Assembly: GCA_044356455.1 (NCBI GenBank)
Contig: JBIKWF010000060.1
Location: 1-25,467, forward strand
Direction: 5' to 3'
DNA length: 25,467 nucleotides
DNA from: Bdellovibrionota bacterium
Lineage (GTDB): Bacteria > Bdellovibrionota_C > UBA2361 > JBGSMV01
This document shows, piece by piece, positions 1 to 8,755 of the stretch. The translations under genes and the position numbers were made by a program. The notes beneath the pieces are model-generated. The model had not been told where the DNA came from. It worked only from the letters and a program-made list of their open reading frames with translations, and searched no databases. The stretch's first letter is position 1. The number at the start of each line of letters is the position of its first letter.

Positions 1-366
1 TCTTACCCAAAATACAACTGAGTAGAAGCCTACGAAACCATTGTAAACGCCAGATTTATACGCTGCAAATTGATTAAAGAATTTAGCGTGCAGACCTGCA
101 TCCGCGGTTCCAAGTGAGGTAAGTTCAAATTTATTTAGGTAGCCAAGTAGAAGCACCAGGACAGCGAGAGGGAGGACCGTCGAAAGCGCAAATTCACCGA
201 TATGAACTCGTGTGGGTTTGCTGGATCCGACGAGCGTCATCAATACAAGAAACGCGATGGTAAAGCCGATCCAATAGGGAGCTGCGATCCATTGGCAAAG
301 GATTCCACTCAGGAAGGTGGCGCCGAGAATGGCGCGAAGCAGCGAATAGATTAAAGAGCTCTGCAT
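1..366 (-). CDS. Multi-pass membrane protein, partial (runs off left edge)
   Basis: Manual translation from ATG at 366 is open to position 1: MQSSLIYSLLRAILGATFLSGILCQWIAAPYWIGFTIAFLVLMTLVG...LPLAVLVLLLGYLNKFELTSLGTADAGLHAKFF...; about three hydrophobic segments. Not in the ORF track. Confidence 0.7.
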   Translation of the reverse strand, partial: MQSSLIYSLLRAILGATFLSGILCQWIAAPYWIGFTIAFLVLMTLVGSSKPTRVHIGEFALSTVLPLAVLVLLLGYLNKFELTSLGTADAGLHAKFFNQFAAYKSGVYNGFVGFYSVVFWVR

Positions 367-482
367 GATTGTGAAGGAATCTACGAATTTCGGGGACTTT
401 TTGTTGTTCCCGATATTTAAGCCACTTACATCAACTACAAGGACAAGAAGTTGGCAGGGGGAAAGGGTCAATCTCTGGTCCT

Positions 483-2300
483 TTACGGGCTTCTTAGTCC
501 GTTCCTCACCGCTCTAATCCACCCTTTCGCCTCAGATAGTCCCGAGGGAGAAGTTCGTGACGAAGATACGGTAAGCGACTTGAGCGGCCCAGAGACTTCG
601 CCACCGGTTTCGCAGGAGGCCGTAGGGAGCAAAAATACCTTCGTGGCGGAGGATCCCGTGGGGTTCACGCGCTTCACATTGGTAAGGGCTATCGAAATGC
701 TTGTCTCTTCTGGGGCGAGCAGACGTTCAAGCAAAATCGTTTTTTGCCGAGATTTAGAGATTCCGGCCTTAAGTCGCACCGTACAGCCTGAGTATCCCTC
801 GGGAAGCGTAATGGTTGCTGAGAGGCTGCGCCTTGAATAGGAAGCCGAAAATTCCGTTTGGGGTAGCATCTCCGTTAAGCAGGCTGCTCCGAACTGAGAG
901 ACATAAGCTGAGATCTCATTTTGAGAGAAAGTTGAAAAGTCACTTGGTGGAGGTGAGCCGAGGCGAGGGGACATAATGCCCCCAGTGACGGTGTCGTGCG
1001 AAGCGCCAAGGTTATGTCCAATTTCGTGCGCAATAATAACGGGAGTGAGCAGGTCTCCTGTCCTACTGCTAAGCCCATATGCAGTAAACTCTCCTGGGCT
1101 ACAGACGGTTTCAACATACGCAAGACCAAGTACGTCATCGTCCAATGACTTACCCGTGATGAGGTGCTTGGCGTCGGCATCACCTAGGGCAGCGCCGACG
1201 GAGCGGAAGCGCTGCAAGAGGCTTAAGGAATCAGTGAGTGTTGCGGGATATACGGACGCCTGTGAGCGCCGGACTTGTTTAGTTACCACGACGGTGAGCC
1301 CCAGCTGCTCAGGGTAGATGGTGTTTAGGTCGTTAATGTACTCCGCAATGCGGTCATTGGCTTGGCTGGCCCCGAGCTCTTGGCTGCACTCAGCATCGCA
1401 ATCAGTGATTAATTCTAGGGCCTTGGTAGTTGCCAGCCCGCTCACCGCCGAGGCCTGTAGAGGTTGCGAATGAGCGTGTGCATTTTCTCCCAAGATGGCT
1501 TGCTCCTTAGGCTGCGGTTTAAGAGCCAGGCAGCCTCGATTTCCAAGAGCGCGAGAAGAGATTGAGCGGACGCGAGCGGCTACCGCGCTTCGAGCGTTAC
1601 TCGCAAAAGCTTCCACCTCGAATTGGTGCACGCGCCAGGCTCTTGAGGAAGCAGCTTCCGTTAAGGCTTGTGGGGGGCGGAGGCGAAAGCGCAGGCGAGT
1701 ACTCTTCGCATTTGATACGAACACTCCCGAAACGGGGACTCGCCCTAACCTTGTCATTCGAGGGAGTGAGGATGACCCGCGCTGCTTTACGAGGGCGTAC
1801 CCGCGTAGCAGCGTCATACGGGACGGAGCCTCGGGTACGAGGACTCCTCCGTGGTCAACAAATTGCTGCGGCAGCTGATCTCGTGAAATCTTGTGAAGGA
1901 CGAGAGTTACATTTCCAAGGAGAAAGGACCTGGCGCTTAGTCTTAGCTTCTCATCGGAGGCGCTAGACCAAGAGGAGACACTACCTCGCTGCGGGAGGCG
2001 CGGGCTGGTATCGGAACTTTGCGCGAGGGAGAGCGAGAGCGGAACTAGAGCGGAGAGGGAGAGGCAAACGAGGAACGCGAGCTTCGTCAAAGACCTAAAG
2101 GGGGAATAAGGCCTAAAGGGGGAATAAGGCCTAAAGGGGGAATAAGGCCTAAAGGGGGAATAAGGATTGTGAGGAGCCCCCAGCTTTCCTGTTTTGCGAG
2201 AGCGGGGAAAAAGGCAGCGGGCAAAGAGGGTCACTGATGTTGGAAGCCGAATCAACATCGCCCACTTTTTCATTTCTGCGGCCATCGTGGTGAATACCAT
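483..2300 (-). CDS. Secreted zinc metallopeptidase, metzincin (M12B/reprolysin-like)
   Basis: HEIGHNLGASHD fits HExxHxxGxxH; Met-turn GGIMSP; upstream VLGLAYVETVC motif. Signal-peptide-like LTKLAFLVCLSLSALVPLSLSLA begins at TTG 2090, so the true start may be downstream of 2300. Confidence 0.85.
   Translation of the reverse strand: MVFTTMAAEMKKWAMLIRLPTSVTLFARCLFPRSRKTGKLGAPHNPYSPFRPYSPFRPYSPFRPYSPFRSLTKLAFLVCLSLSALVPLSLSLAQSSDTSPRLPQRGSVSSWSSASDEKLRLSARSFLLGNVTLVLHKISRDQLPQQFVDHGGVLVPEAPSRMTLLRGYALVKQRGSSSLPRMTRLGRVPVSGVFVSNAKSTRLRFRLRPPQALTEAASSRAWRVHQFEVEAFASNARSAVAARVRSISSRALGNRGCLALKPQPKEQAILGENAHAHSQPLQASAVSGLATTKALELITDCDAECSQELGASQANDRIAEYINDLNTIYPEQLGLTVVVTKQVRRSQASVYPATLTDSLSLLQRFRSVGAALGDADAKHLITGKSLDDDVLGLAYVETVCSPGEFTAYGLSSRTGDLLTPVIIAHEIGHNLGASHDTVTGGIMSPRLGSPPPSDFSTFSQNEISAYVSQFGAACLTEMLPQTEFSASYSRRSLSATITLPEGYSGCTVRLKAGISKSRQKTILLERLLAPEETSISIALTNVKRVNPTGSSATKVFLLPTASCETGGEVSGPLKSLTVSSSRTSPSGLSEAKGWIRAVRNGLRSP
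2094..2165. repeat. Perfect 18-bp tandem repeat x4 (CCTAAAGGGGGAATAAGG)
   Basis: Identical units at 2094, 2112, 2130, 2148; reads PYSPFR x4 in the peptidase frame. Confidence 0.97.
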
Positions 2301-2335
2301 TCATCCTCGCTACGCACTTTCTGTGACGTGCTTAG

Positions 2336-2465
2336 GGAACCTCTGAAAAATCTCGATATTTTATTTTTTTCTCTCTGTGATCTCTGTGCCCTCTGTGGTT
2401 TTTCAACAATTTAAATCAACCACAGAGGGCACAGAGATCACAGAGTGGACTTTTTCAGAGGTTCC
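2336..2465. mobile_element. 130-bp MITE-like element (family A) enclosing a 9-mer-triplet hairpin
   Basis: 15-bp perfect terminal IR GGAACCTCTGAAAAA (2336-2350 / 2451-2465); internal perfect 28-bp IR (2373-2400 / 2418-2445); sister copy at 21023-21151. Confidence 0.8.
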
Positions 2466-2565
2466 TCGGTTCTTCTCGGCGCAAGCCTAACGCTCCCGAC
2501 CTCTGAACACTATACGCCTATGCGCATCCCGCTTAAAGGTTCATAGAATATCTAGAGCACCAGGC

Positions 2566-2604
2566 AAGAAAAAGGGGCGCCTTGATTTCACAAAGCGCCC
2601 CTTT
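2566..2604 (-). terminator. Rho-independent terminator of the RGG-protein gene
   Basis: Minus strand AAAGGGGCGCTTTG-TGAAAT-CAAGGCGCCCC followed by TTTTTCTT, ~35 nt after the stop at 2640. Confidence 0.8.
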
Positions 2605-2639
2605 AGTTCAAGAAGCTAAATCTATAGTAGCGGTCACCT

Positions 2640-3317
2640 TTAAGCAGGAGCCGCTTCTTCCTGGGCGGGCTGCTCCTCGATGATGTCTGGCCAAAGGCAA
2701 ACGACACCTTCTTCCGCGTGATGGTAGACCCCGAGGTCATCCCCAGCGCGCTGAAATCCGTATCTGACGGCTCCGCCGTTATCGCGAATAAGGTCTCGGC
2801 ACGCTTTATCTTGGCCTGAGAACCAAAGTTGCTGGTACTTATCGAGTAACCCACTGTCATCCAAAAGCTCACGGTCAATCATCGCCAGGCAGCGCGTATC
2901 TACATACACGCGGCCAGTGAGAGTGGTTGTCTCTTTGGTGAGCTCCGCATCCCCAGGCTGGAAGTTTTCGGGATGCACCACGATTGAGAACGCGTAAGGG
3001 TCCCGCTCAATGCGGTAGGTGCCTGGCTCAAGCTCAACAACCTGTCCGCCAAACTCCTTCACTACTTCGTCTTTCTTCTCTGGCTCAGCGTCTACAAGCT
3101 CAGAAAGCTTCTGAATGAATTCGGGGTTTGCCAGCATGAACTGGTCGACGAGAACCATGAAACCACTTTCTATGGTTATTCTTTCACGCAGATTGCCGCT
3201 TTGGGCTGTTCCGCGCTCCATTCTCCTACCGCCACGTCCTCTGCCACGTCCGCCGCGTCTATTTCCGCCGCCACCACCGCGTCCGCCACGGCCACCTCTT
3301 GGGTTTCTTCCTCTCAT
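2640..3317 (-). CDS. Hypothetical protein with N-terminal RGG/RG-rich tract
   Basis: 225-aa ORF; MRGRNPRGGRGGRGGGGGNRRGGRGRGRGGRR followed by an acidic globular region; clear downstream terminator. Confidence 0.8.
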   Translation of the reverse strand: MRGRNPRGGRGGRGGGGGNRRGGRGRGRGGRRMERGTAQSGNLRERITIESGFMVLVDQFMLANPEFIQKLSELVDAEPEKKDEVVKEFGGQVVELEPGTYRIERDPYAFSIVVHPENFQPGDAELTKETTTLTGRVYVDTRCLAMIDRELLDDSGLLDKYQQLWFSGQDKACRDLIRDNGGAVRYGFQRAGDDLGVYHHAEEGVVCLWPDIIEEQPAQEEAAPA

Positions 3318-3579
3318 ACTTTTCCTACGTAAAGTCCTAATTTAGTCACATTAAAGCCCTAGCCGCGTTGTGAGCGCCTGTTTACCGGTTACTGTATTTA
3401 ACTCAACGATAAACAAACCCTAGATATTCTTCCTGCAGTTCTTGAGCCGCGTCACACCAAAGGCTGCGAGCGCCAGCGCTTAAGTTCTCGCTGAAAAACG
3501 TCATACGAACGAGAAGCCCCCGAAAAGTTGGCTTCTCCGCGTGGCGTTCTTGCGAAGAACTGCATTCTAAAAAACAGGG

Positions 3580-3696
3580 CTAGGAGTGTGTTCCGCAGGA
3601 ACAGAAATGTTCACTACGGACACAATCCGTAGGTAGGCTGCCCCGCTACCACTACACTCCGTAGAGATAAAAGTTATCTACGGGACAGACTCCTAG
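3580..3696. mobile_element. 117-bp MITE (family B), CTAG-flanked
   Basis: CTAGGAGTGTGTTCCGCAG ... CTACGGGACAGACTCCTAG; its reverse complement aligns end to end with 21214-21330 and 17300-17419, sharing the core CTACGGATTGTGTCC. Confidence 0.85.
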
Positions 3697-4011
3697 GGAA
3701 ACCCCCTCAAAGGGGTACCGTCGCTTCGGAATATGCTGGCGAAGAAAAACTTCACCAAGAAATGTAGCTAGATGGAGCAGAAATCTGAGTAAGCTCCTTT
3801 CGGAAGTCCCAGCGAAAGACTCGATTGAAGGTCTCGCCGAATACCAAAAGTTACCTAAACCGCCTCACTCTAACCAATTCCGAAGGTACGAGTCCTACTA
3901 GAAATTCGGACTCTGCCTCACTCTCTTCACGAAACGACCACGGGATTATTAAGCATCGGGCTCAAAACGTCGATAGCTTTCTCAGGTTGTTTAGGAAGGT
4001 TGAGGTGTGGG

Positions 4012-4512
4012 ATGGGCAGCATGCGTTCAGAGCAGGTTGGCTTTCAAGGCATTGAACTCACTAGGGAAATTGCTTTTCCGGGCGATGTGAGGTTCGATCC
4101 TGACAGGGTCATTCTTCAAGGTCAGTACAGAGACCAGCTTTCTGCCTACCGGGCGAAGCGTAGCTGGGTCGAAACGTTGACCGCTAATTTCCTCCTCGAT
4201 GAGGGGCATGACTATGAGCTTTCAGTTGAGTCTCGGGTCAGCGAGGAGCTCTTTATCCTTCAATGTACCTTCACGTCAGCCTGCGGACGCTACGCCTTTT
4301 GGCGCCTCACCAATGAACAGGCCCCAGAAGCACAGTACTTAATCGAGACTGCTCATATTCCAAATTCCGAGCTTCGAGGCGATGACTTCTTTGCTGCGCC
4401 TGACCTAAAGCCCCTCGTTGATGAGGGTAGCGAGGCGTTTCGGGAGATTGAGCAAAAGGCGCTTTCCATAAACAAGATTCTGACTGGCTTTCGCGCCTGG
4501 CTCTACAAATAG
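4012..4512 (+). CDS. Hypothetical protein
   Basis: ORF 4000..4512; ATG at 4012 preceded by GAGGTG SD-like sequence; protein-like composition, no motif recognised. Confidence 0.7.
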   Translation: MGSMRSEQVGFQGIELTREIAFPGDVRFDPDRVILQGQYRDQLSAYRAKRSWVETLTANFLLDEGHDYELSVESRVSEELFILQCTFTSACGRYAFWRLTNEQAPEAQYLIETAHIPNSELRGDDFFAAPDLKPLVDEGSEAFREIEQKALSINKILTGFRAWLYK

Positions 4513-4556
4513 GATTCAGCAGTCGTCAGTCCGAGTAGCCACACAAGAATTACTCA

Positions 4557-4640
4557 CTTCGTGGTCTCTGTGGTTGCCGCACTTCTGCTGGTGGTTAAAG
4601 GAGCAGGAAATAAACCACAGAGCACACAGAGGACACAGAG
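4557..4640. repeat. Inward-facing pair of 9-mer repeats downstream of the GxxExxY gene
   Basis: CTTCGTGGT-CTCTGTGGTT (4557-4575), 36-nt spacer, AAACCACAGAG-CACACAGAG-GACACAGAG (4612-4640). Confidence 0.85.
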
Positions 4641-4641
4641 A

Positions 4642-5046
4642 TTAGAGGGCAAAGCGTTTAATGCCTTGCTTAAGTAATTTGGCGTTGAAGTTGAGCAGTA
4701 ATCCGACCGGTGCTTCAGCCAACTTCATGTAGGTGAGAATTTGGGCTTCGTGTACGGCTGTTAAATGTTCAACGGCTTTTAGTTCAACAACTAAGCACTC
4801 ATCCACGAGGATATCGATCCGATAGCCGCAGTCCAGCAAAACACCCTTGTAGAGTACGGGGAGCGGTGGTTGTACCATAAACTCAACTCCAGTGAGTTTT
4901 AGTTCATGGGCCAAGCATTGCTCATAGGTAGACTCCAAAAGGCCCGGCCCAAGGATACGATGCACCTCTATGGCACAACCAATGACCTGCCTCGTAAGAT
5001 CAGCAAATACACCCTCTGTGTTCTCTGTGCGCTCTGTGGTTTCCAT
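4642..5046 (-). CDS. GxxExxY protein (PD-(D/E)XK nuclease superfamily, PDDEXK_3/TIGR04256-like)
   Basis: AIEVHRILGPGLLESTY (GxxExxY), RIDILVDECLVVELK (D...ExK), HEAQILTY (QxxxY), GLLLNF. Likely start ATG at 5046 (METTERTENTE). Confidence 0.93.
   Translation of the reverse strand: METTERTENTEGVFADLTRQVIGCAIEVHRILGPGLLESTYEQCLAHELKLTGVEFMVQPPLPVLYKGVLLDCGYRIDILVDECLVVELKAVEHLTAVHEAQILTYMKLAEAPVGLLLNFNAKLLKQGIKRFAL
5014..5042. repeat. 9-mer triplet forming the 5' end of the GxxExxY gene; inverted partner of 4612-4640
   Basis: Reverse complement AAACCACAGAGCGCACAGAGAACACAGAG matches 4612-4640 at 27/29. Confidence 0.92.
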
Positions 5047-5220
5047 ACATATATAATCGCCACCAGCGCTCAAAAGTTGCTTAAGTTCCCTAAATAGTCA
5101 TGCTAAAGGAAGGAGAACAAATTGTGCCAGCGGATGCTCCCTGCGGTCGTTCCGCTGCTCATAGCCGTTGCTCAGTAGCCGCTGTGCAAGCTTCCATTTG
5201 AAGCAATTCAAGTTCCGTCC

Positions 5221-5249
5221 TTGACGTCCTGGCTCAAAAACCTTATTGC
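5221..5249 (+). promoter_or_regulatory. Possible sigma70 promoter of speA
   Basis: TTGACG-17 nt-TATTGC, ~40 nt upstream of ATG 5288; the -10 match is weak. Confidence 0.3.
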
Positions 5250-5287
5250 GGTGTCGCACTATTATTTTTTAAGGGTACCGCAAAGAA

Positions 5288-7186
5288 ATGGAAAGTTGGG
5301 ATAGCACGAAAAGTAGCCAGCTCTACGGAATCGACTTGTGGGGAGAGGGCTTCTTTGCGGTTAGTCCTCAGGGGAACGTGATGGTGCGTCCTGAGGCGGG
5401 CTCTAAAGAAATTGACCTGCACGAAATTGTGAAGTCACTTGTCCAACGCGACATTGACGTGCCGATTCTCATTCGCTTTGACGGTATCATGCGAAGCCGC
5501 GTGCGTAGGCTGCACGATGCCTTTGCGAAGGCGATTGAAGAGGCAGGCTACGGCGGAACGTATTGCGGAGTGTTTCCGATAAAGGTGAACCAGCAACGGC
5601 ACGTGGTCGACACTATTCGCGGCGCAGGCAAGGATTTTCGGCTTGGGCTGGAAGTAGGTAGCAAACCAGAACTTTGCGCCGTGCTGGCCATACATGATGG
5701 CCCCGACAGCCTCCTCCTTTGCAATGGCTACAAAGATAACGAGTATATCGAACTTGCGCTGCTTGCGAGGAAGCTCGGACGCCGCAGTATCATTATAGTT
5801 GAACAGCTCTATGAACTTGAGCAGACGCTCGAGATCTCACGCCGCTTAGGCGTAGAGGCTGAAATCGGTATTCGAATGAAGCCCGTCAACAAGGGCGCGG
5901 GGCGCTGGGAAACCTCAGGCGGAGATAGAGCGAAGTTCGGTCTTACTACCCCAGAGATTATTTCAGCAATTGAGAAGCTGAAAGAACACGGCAAAGGACA
6001 CTGGCTCAAGCTTCTGCACTATCATGTAGGGAGCCAAATCTCCTCAATTGAGGCGGTAAAGAAGGTCCTGCGTGAAGCCACTCGTATGTACGCAGAAATA
6101 GCGGCCCTGTGCCCTTCGATGTGTTTTCTCGATGTTGGTGGTGGGCTTGCGGTCGACTATGACGGCTCCAAGACAAATTTTCAGTCATCGATGAACTATT
6201 CGGTAGAAGAGTATGCGCGTGATGTCGTGTACGCTATCTCAGAGGCCTGTCGCGCCGCGAATATTCCTCCTGCCTCAATTGTGACAGAAGCCGGACGTGC
6301 TCTCACTGCGCATCACTCAGTTCTGGTCTTTCAAGTGATTGATGTCGCGCCAACGTCAGAAGTGATACCGGCTCTTCCTGAGCCTCCTACGTCGCATGAT
6401 CTCCTCAAGGAGCTGCAGGAGCTCTACAGTAAGCTGACAGTCAAGAACTGTATTGAGACTCTGCATGACGCCAATTCCTTGCGAGAGGAGTCCATTGAAC
6501 GCTTTATTCAAGGGACTCTGTCTCTTACGGAGCGTGCCTATGCGGATATGGCGTATTGGCATCTGCTTGCCAAAGTACGCCGGGAAGCGAGTGAGCTTAA
6601 GCATCAGCCAGAAGAAGCAGAGCGTCTTGATGAGCAGCTGCGCGACACCTATTTCTGTAATTTTTCAGTGTTTCAATCGCTACCTGACTCATGGGCGATT
6701 GATCAGCTCTTCCCGATCATGCCTATTCATAGGCTTAAAGAGCAGCCCACGCGCCGCGCAATTTTGGCTGATATGAGCTGTGATAGTGACGGAAAAATTG
6801 AAAAGTTTATCGATCTTAAGGATGTGAAGCCCTACGTGAATCTGCATCCGCTAAAGAATGGAGATTCTTATTATCTTGGTGCCTTCCTTGTCGGGGCGTA
6901 TCAAGAAATTTTGGGGGATCTGCATAATCTTTTTGGCGATACCAATGCAGTTCATGTCGACCTTGATGCTCAGGGAGCCGTGAAATTCACCCACGTAGTT
7001 GAAGGCGATACGGTGAGAGAGGTGCTCTCCTATGTGCAGTATGATGTGCCGGATCTGATGGAGCGTCTTCGAAACTCCGTTGAGCAGGCAGTAGCGGCAG
7101 GACGCCTTACAGCAGAAGACTCCGCAAAACTGCAGAAGCGCTACCGCGAGGCGCTCGAAGGTTATACCTACTTGGCGCATGAGTAG
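5288..7186 (+). CDS. speA: Biosynthetic arginine decarboxylase
   Basis: 632 aa; FPIKVNQ (PLP lysine), GLEVGSKPEL, CNGYKD, HYHVGSQI, DVGGGL, FQSLPDSWAIDQLFP, CDSDG, GAYQEILGDLHNLFG. Confidence 0.97.
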   Translation: MESWDSTKSSQLYGIDLWGEGFFAVSPQGNVMVRPEAGSKEIDLHEIVKSLVQRDIDVPILIRFDGIMRSRVRRLHDAFAKAIEEAGYGGTYCGVFPIKVNQQRHVVDTIRGAGKDFRLGLEVGSKPELCAVLAIHDGPDSLLLCNGYKDNEYIELALLARKLGRRSIIIVEQLYELEQTLEISRRLGVEAEIGIRMKPVNKGAGRWETSGGDRAKFGLTTPEIISAIEKLKEHGKGHWLKLLHYHVGSQISSIEAVKKVLREATRMYAEIAALCPSMCFLDVGGGLAVDYDGSKTNFQSSMNYSVEEYARDVVYAISEACRAANIPPASIVTEAGRALTAHHSVLVFQVIDVAPTSEVIPALPEPPTSHDLLKELQELYSKLTVKNCIETLHDANSLREESIERFIQGTLSLTERAYADMAYWHLLAKVRREASELKHQPEEAERLDEQLRDTYFCNFSVFQSLPDSWAIDQLFPIMPIHRLKEQPTRRAILADMSCDSDGKIEKFIDLKDVKPYVNLHPLKNGDSYYLGAFLVGAYQEILGDLHNLFGDTNAVHVDLDAQGAVKFTHVVEGDTVREVLSYVQYDVPDLMERLRNSVEQAVAAGRLTAEDSAKLQKRYREALEGYTYLAHE

Positions 7187-7236
7187 GAGAGCGGTCACTA
7201 AAATCACGAATAAAAGTTAATTTCTGCGCGCTTTAG

Positions 7237-7262
7237 GTAGGGCGCCCTGTCCTCAGGGCGCC
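7237..7262 (+). repeat. GTAG-type REP-like palindrome
   Basis: GTAG followed by the perfect 9-bp stem GGCGCCCTG-TCCT-CAGGGCGCC, 50 nt after the speA stop; no U-tract. Confidence 0.55.
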
Positions 7263-7385
7263 GCAAGATGAGTGTGCGCTATCGCCCGGGATCCTGAGCA
7301 CCCACGGACGTGTCGGGATGGGAGATTTTGCGTGAGATGTGACGGTTCGCACGGACCAGGTGCGCTATTTATTTTGATTCCCCTT

Positions 7386-7413
7386 CTTCGTGGTCTCTGT
7401 GGTCTTAGTGGTT
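7386..7413. repeat. 9-mer triplet (GxxExxY-associated family)
   Basis: CTTCGTGGT-CTCTGTGGT-CTTAGTGGT-T. Confidence 0.85.
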
Positions 7414-7567
7414 GTCCCCTAATAGTTCCAATAGATTAACATGCCCAAAGAAAGCCAAGACCAGTGTGGTTTTATGTCACGCCGAAGTCTCTAGCCCTCA
7501 TAACTTTTCTTACTAGAGCGCGTTGAGGAAAGACCTTACGCGCGAGGCAAGGGTTTTTGAGGGTATT

Positions 7568-8608
7568 ATGGTTATCAAAGCACTCCGTTTAGTCGCGATT
7601 TCTGGTCTTGTTTCGCTTGGTTTGTCCTCTTCGTTAGCGCATGCCCAGATAGTTGTTGAAGCCAAGGGCCGCGGAGCCGAGGTTCAATACGCTCTTCCAG
7701 CAGGCACCTCACCAACGACTCCGATTTACTTTTATTATGTTTCAAAGGGCCGCGACACCAAGACGGTCCAAATGATGCTACGCGCCCCGCAGGGAGCTGT
7801 GGGCACCCTTGAAGTAGCGAAACTCAACGGCGCTGCTGCAACGCAAGCAGCCGCTAGTCTCAGCAATTCCTATGTAATGCAGCTTAGAGACGCAGCCGGC
7901 AAGCGAAATGCACTCCGTATTACTGCCGCTGCCGCCCGAGCAGCTTCGGGCTCTTTTGCCTCTGCCCAAGCGGAATGCACTCCCGAGCAGCTTGCAGAGT
8001 ATGCGGAGCTCATTAGAAATGTTCCAGAGCTTGCAGGCATCACTCCTGAGCAATATTGCGCGGGGGTAGGCCCAGGTCCAAATCCTTCTCCGACCCCGGG
8101 TACCACTCCTTCCGACGGTGCTACCGATAGCGTGCTTGGCCTTTTGCAGAAGAATGCATGTGGAAAGGCGAAGGATAAGTACCTCGTTCGAATGAAAGTT
8201 GACCTCTCCGGGGTAGATCCCGTTCTCCTTCAGAATGGAACTAGCCTTGGAGCTTCCTTTTCTGAAGTTGCATATCGCGGGGGCAAGGCCGCAAGTATTA
8301 AGCCTTTTTCTGATGGTATGTTTGCGCCGAACGCTTTGCTGCTAATGAGCTCAATTCGCTATGGGAGCGAAGGTATCTTCCAGACCAAATGGAAAAATGG
8401 AGCGCTTGGAACTAATCGCGTAGTTCCTATTGTTGCTTACGCGGGCTACAGAAATCTCACGTTAACGAGAAGTGTCGTAACCTCGCTTCTTTCCGAGGGA
8501 GGAAAGGCAACCTTCGACATCACCGACGGAAATACCGCATATTCCGTGTGCTTTAAGATGAAGCGTACGCGTCAGTCTAAGAACGGCTATCCGATTGCTG
8601 CTGAGTAG
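7568..8608 (+). CDS. Secreted hypothetical protein with Pro/Thr linker
   Basis: From ATG 7568: signal peptide MVIKALRLVAISGLVSLGLSSSLAHA|Q; central GPGPNPSPTPGTTP linker; four Cys. Confidence 0.8.
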   Translation: MVIKALRLVAISGLVSLGLSSSLAHAQIVVEAKGRGAEVQYALPAGTSPTTPIYFYYVSKGRDTKTVQMMLRAPQGAVGTLEVAKLNGAAATQAAASLSNSYVMQLRDAAGKRNALRITAAAARAASGSFASAQAECTPEQLAEYAELIRNVPELAGITPEQYCAGVGPGPNPSPTPGTTPSDGATDSVLGLLQKNACGKAKDKYLVRMKVDLSGVDPVLLQNGTSLGASFSEVAYRGGKAASIKPFSDGMFAPNALLLMSSIRYGSEGIFQTKWKNGALGTNRVVPIVAYAGYRNLTLTRSVVTSLLSEGGKATFDITDGNTAYSVCFKMKRTRQSKNGYPIAAE

Positions 8609-8755
8609 CCGCAGGAATTGCTCTCGCGGCAGCTGCAGTGGCAAAAGTTAGAAGGCAAAGGCGAGAGGGCCACGCGTAGGGGAAATCCCATCCTTGGGAG
8701 ACTTGCTCATCCTTGAGAGTCGAGCCCCTGAGTTCTCACACGTAATGCTCAGCGA

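Noticed and set aside
451..1966. Several + strand ORFs over the peptidase gene
   Set aside because: Antisense shadows without motifs or SD support.
2094..2165. CRISPR array
   Set aside because: Units are directly adjacent with no spacers, only 18 bp long, and there are no cas genes.
5047..5073. Longer GxxExxY start at 5073
   Set aside because: A TTG start adding an atypical extension; ATG 5046 gives a more typical length for the family, though this is not proven.
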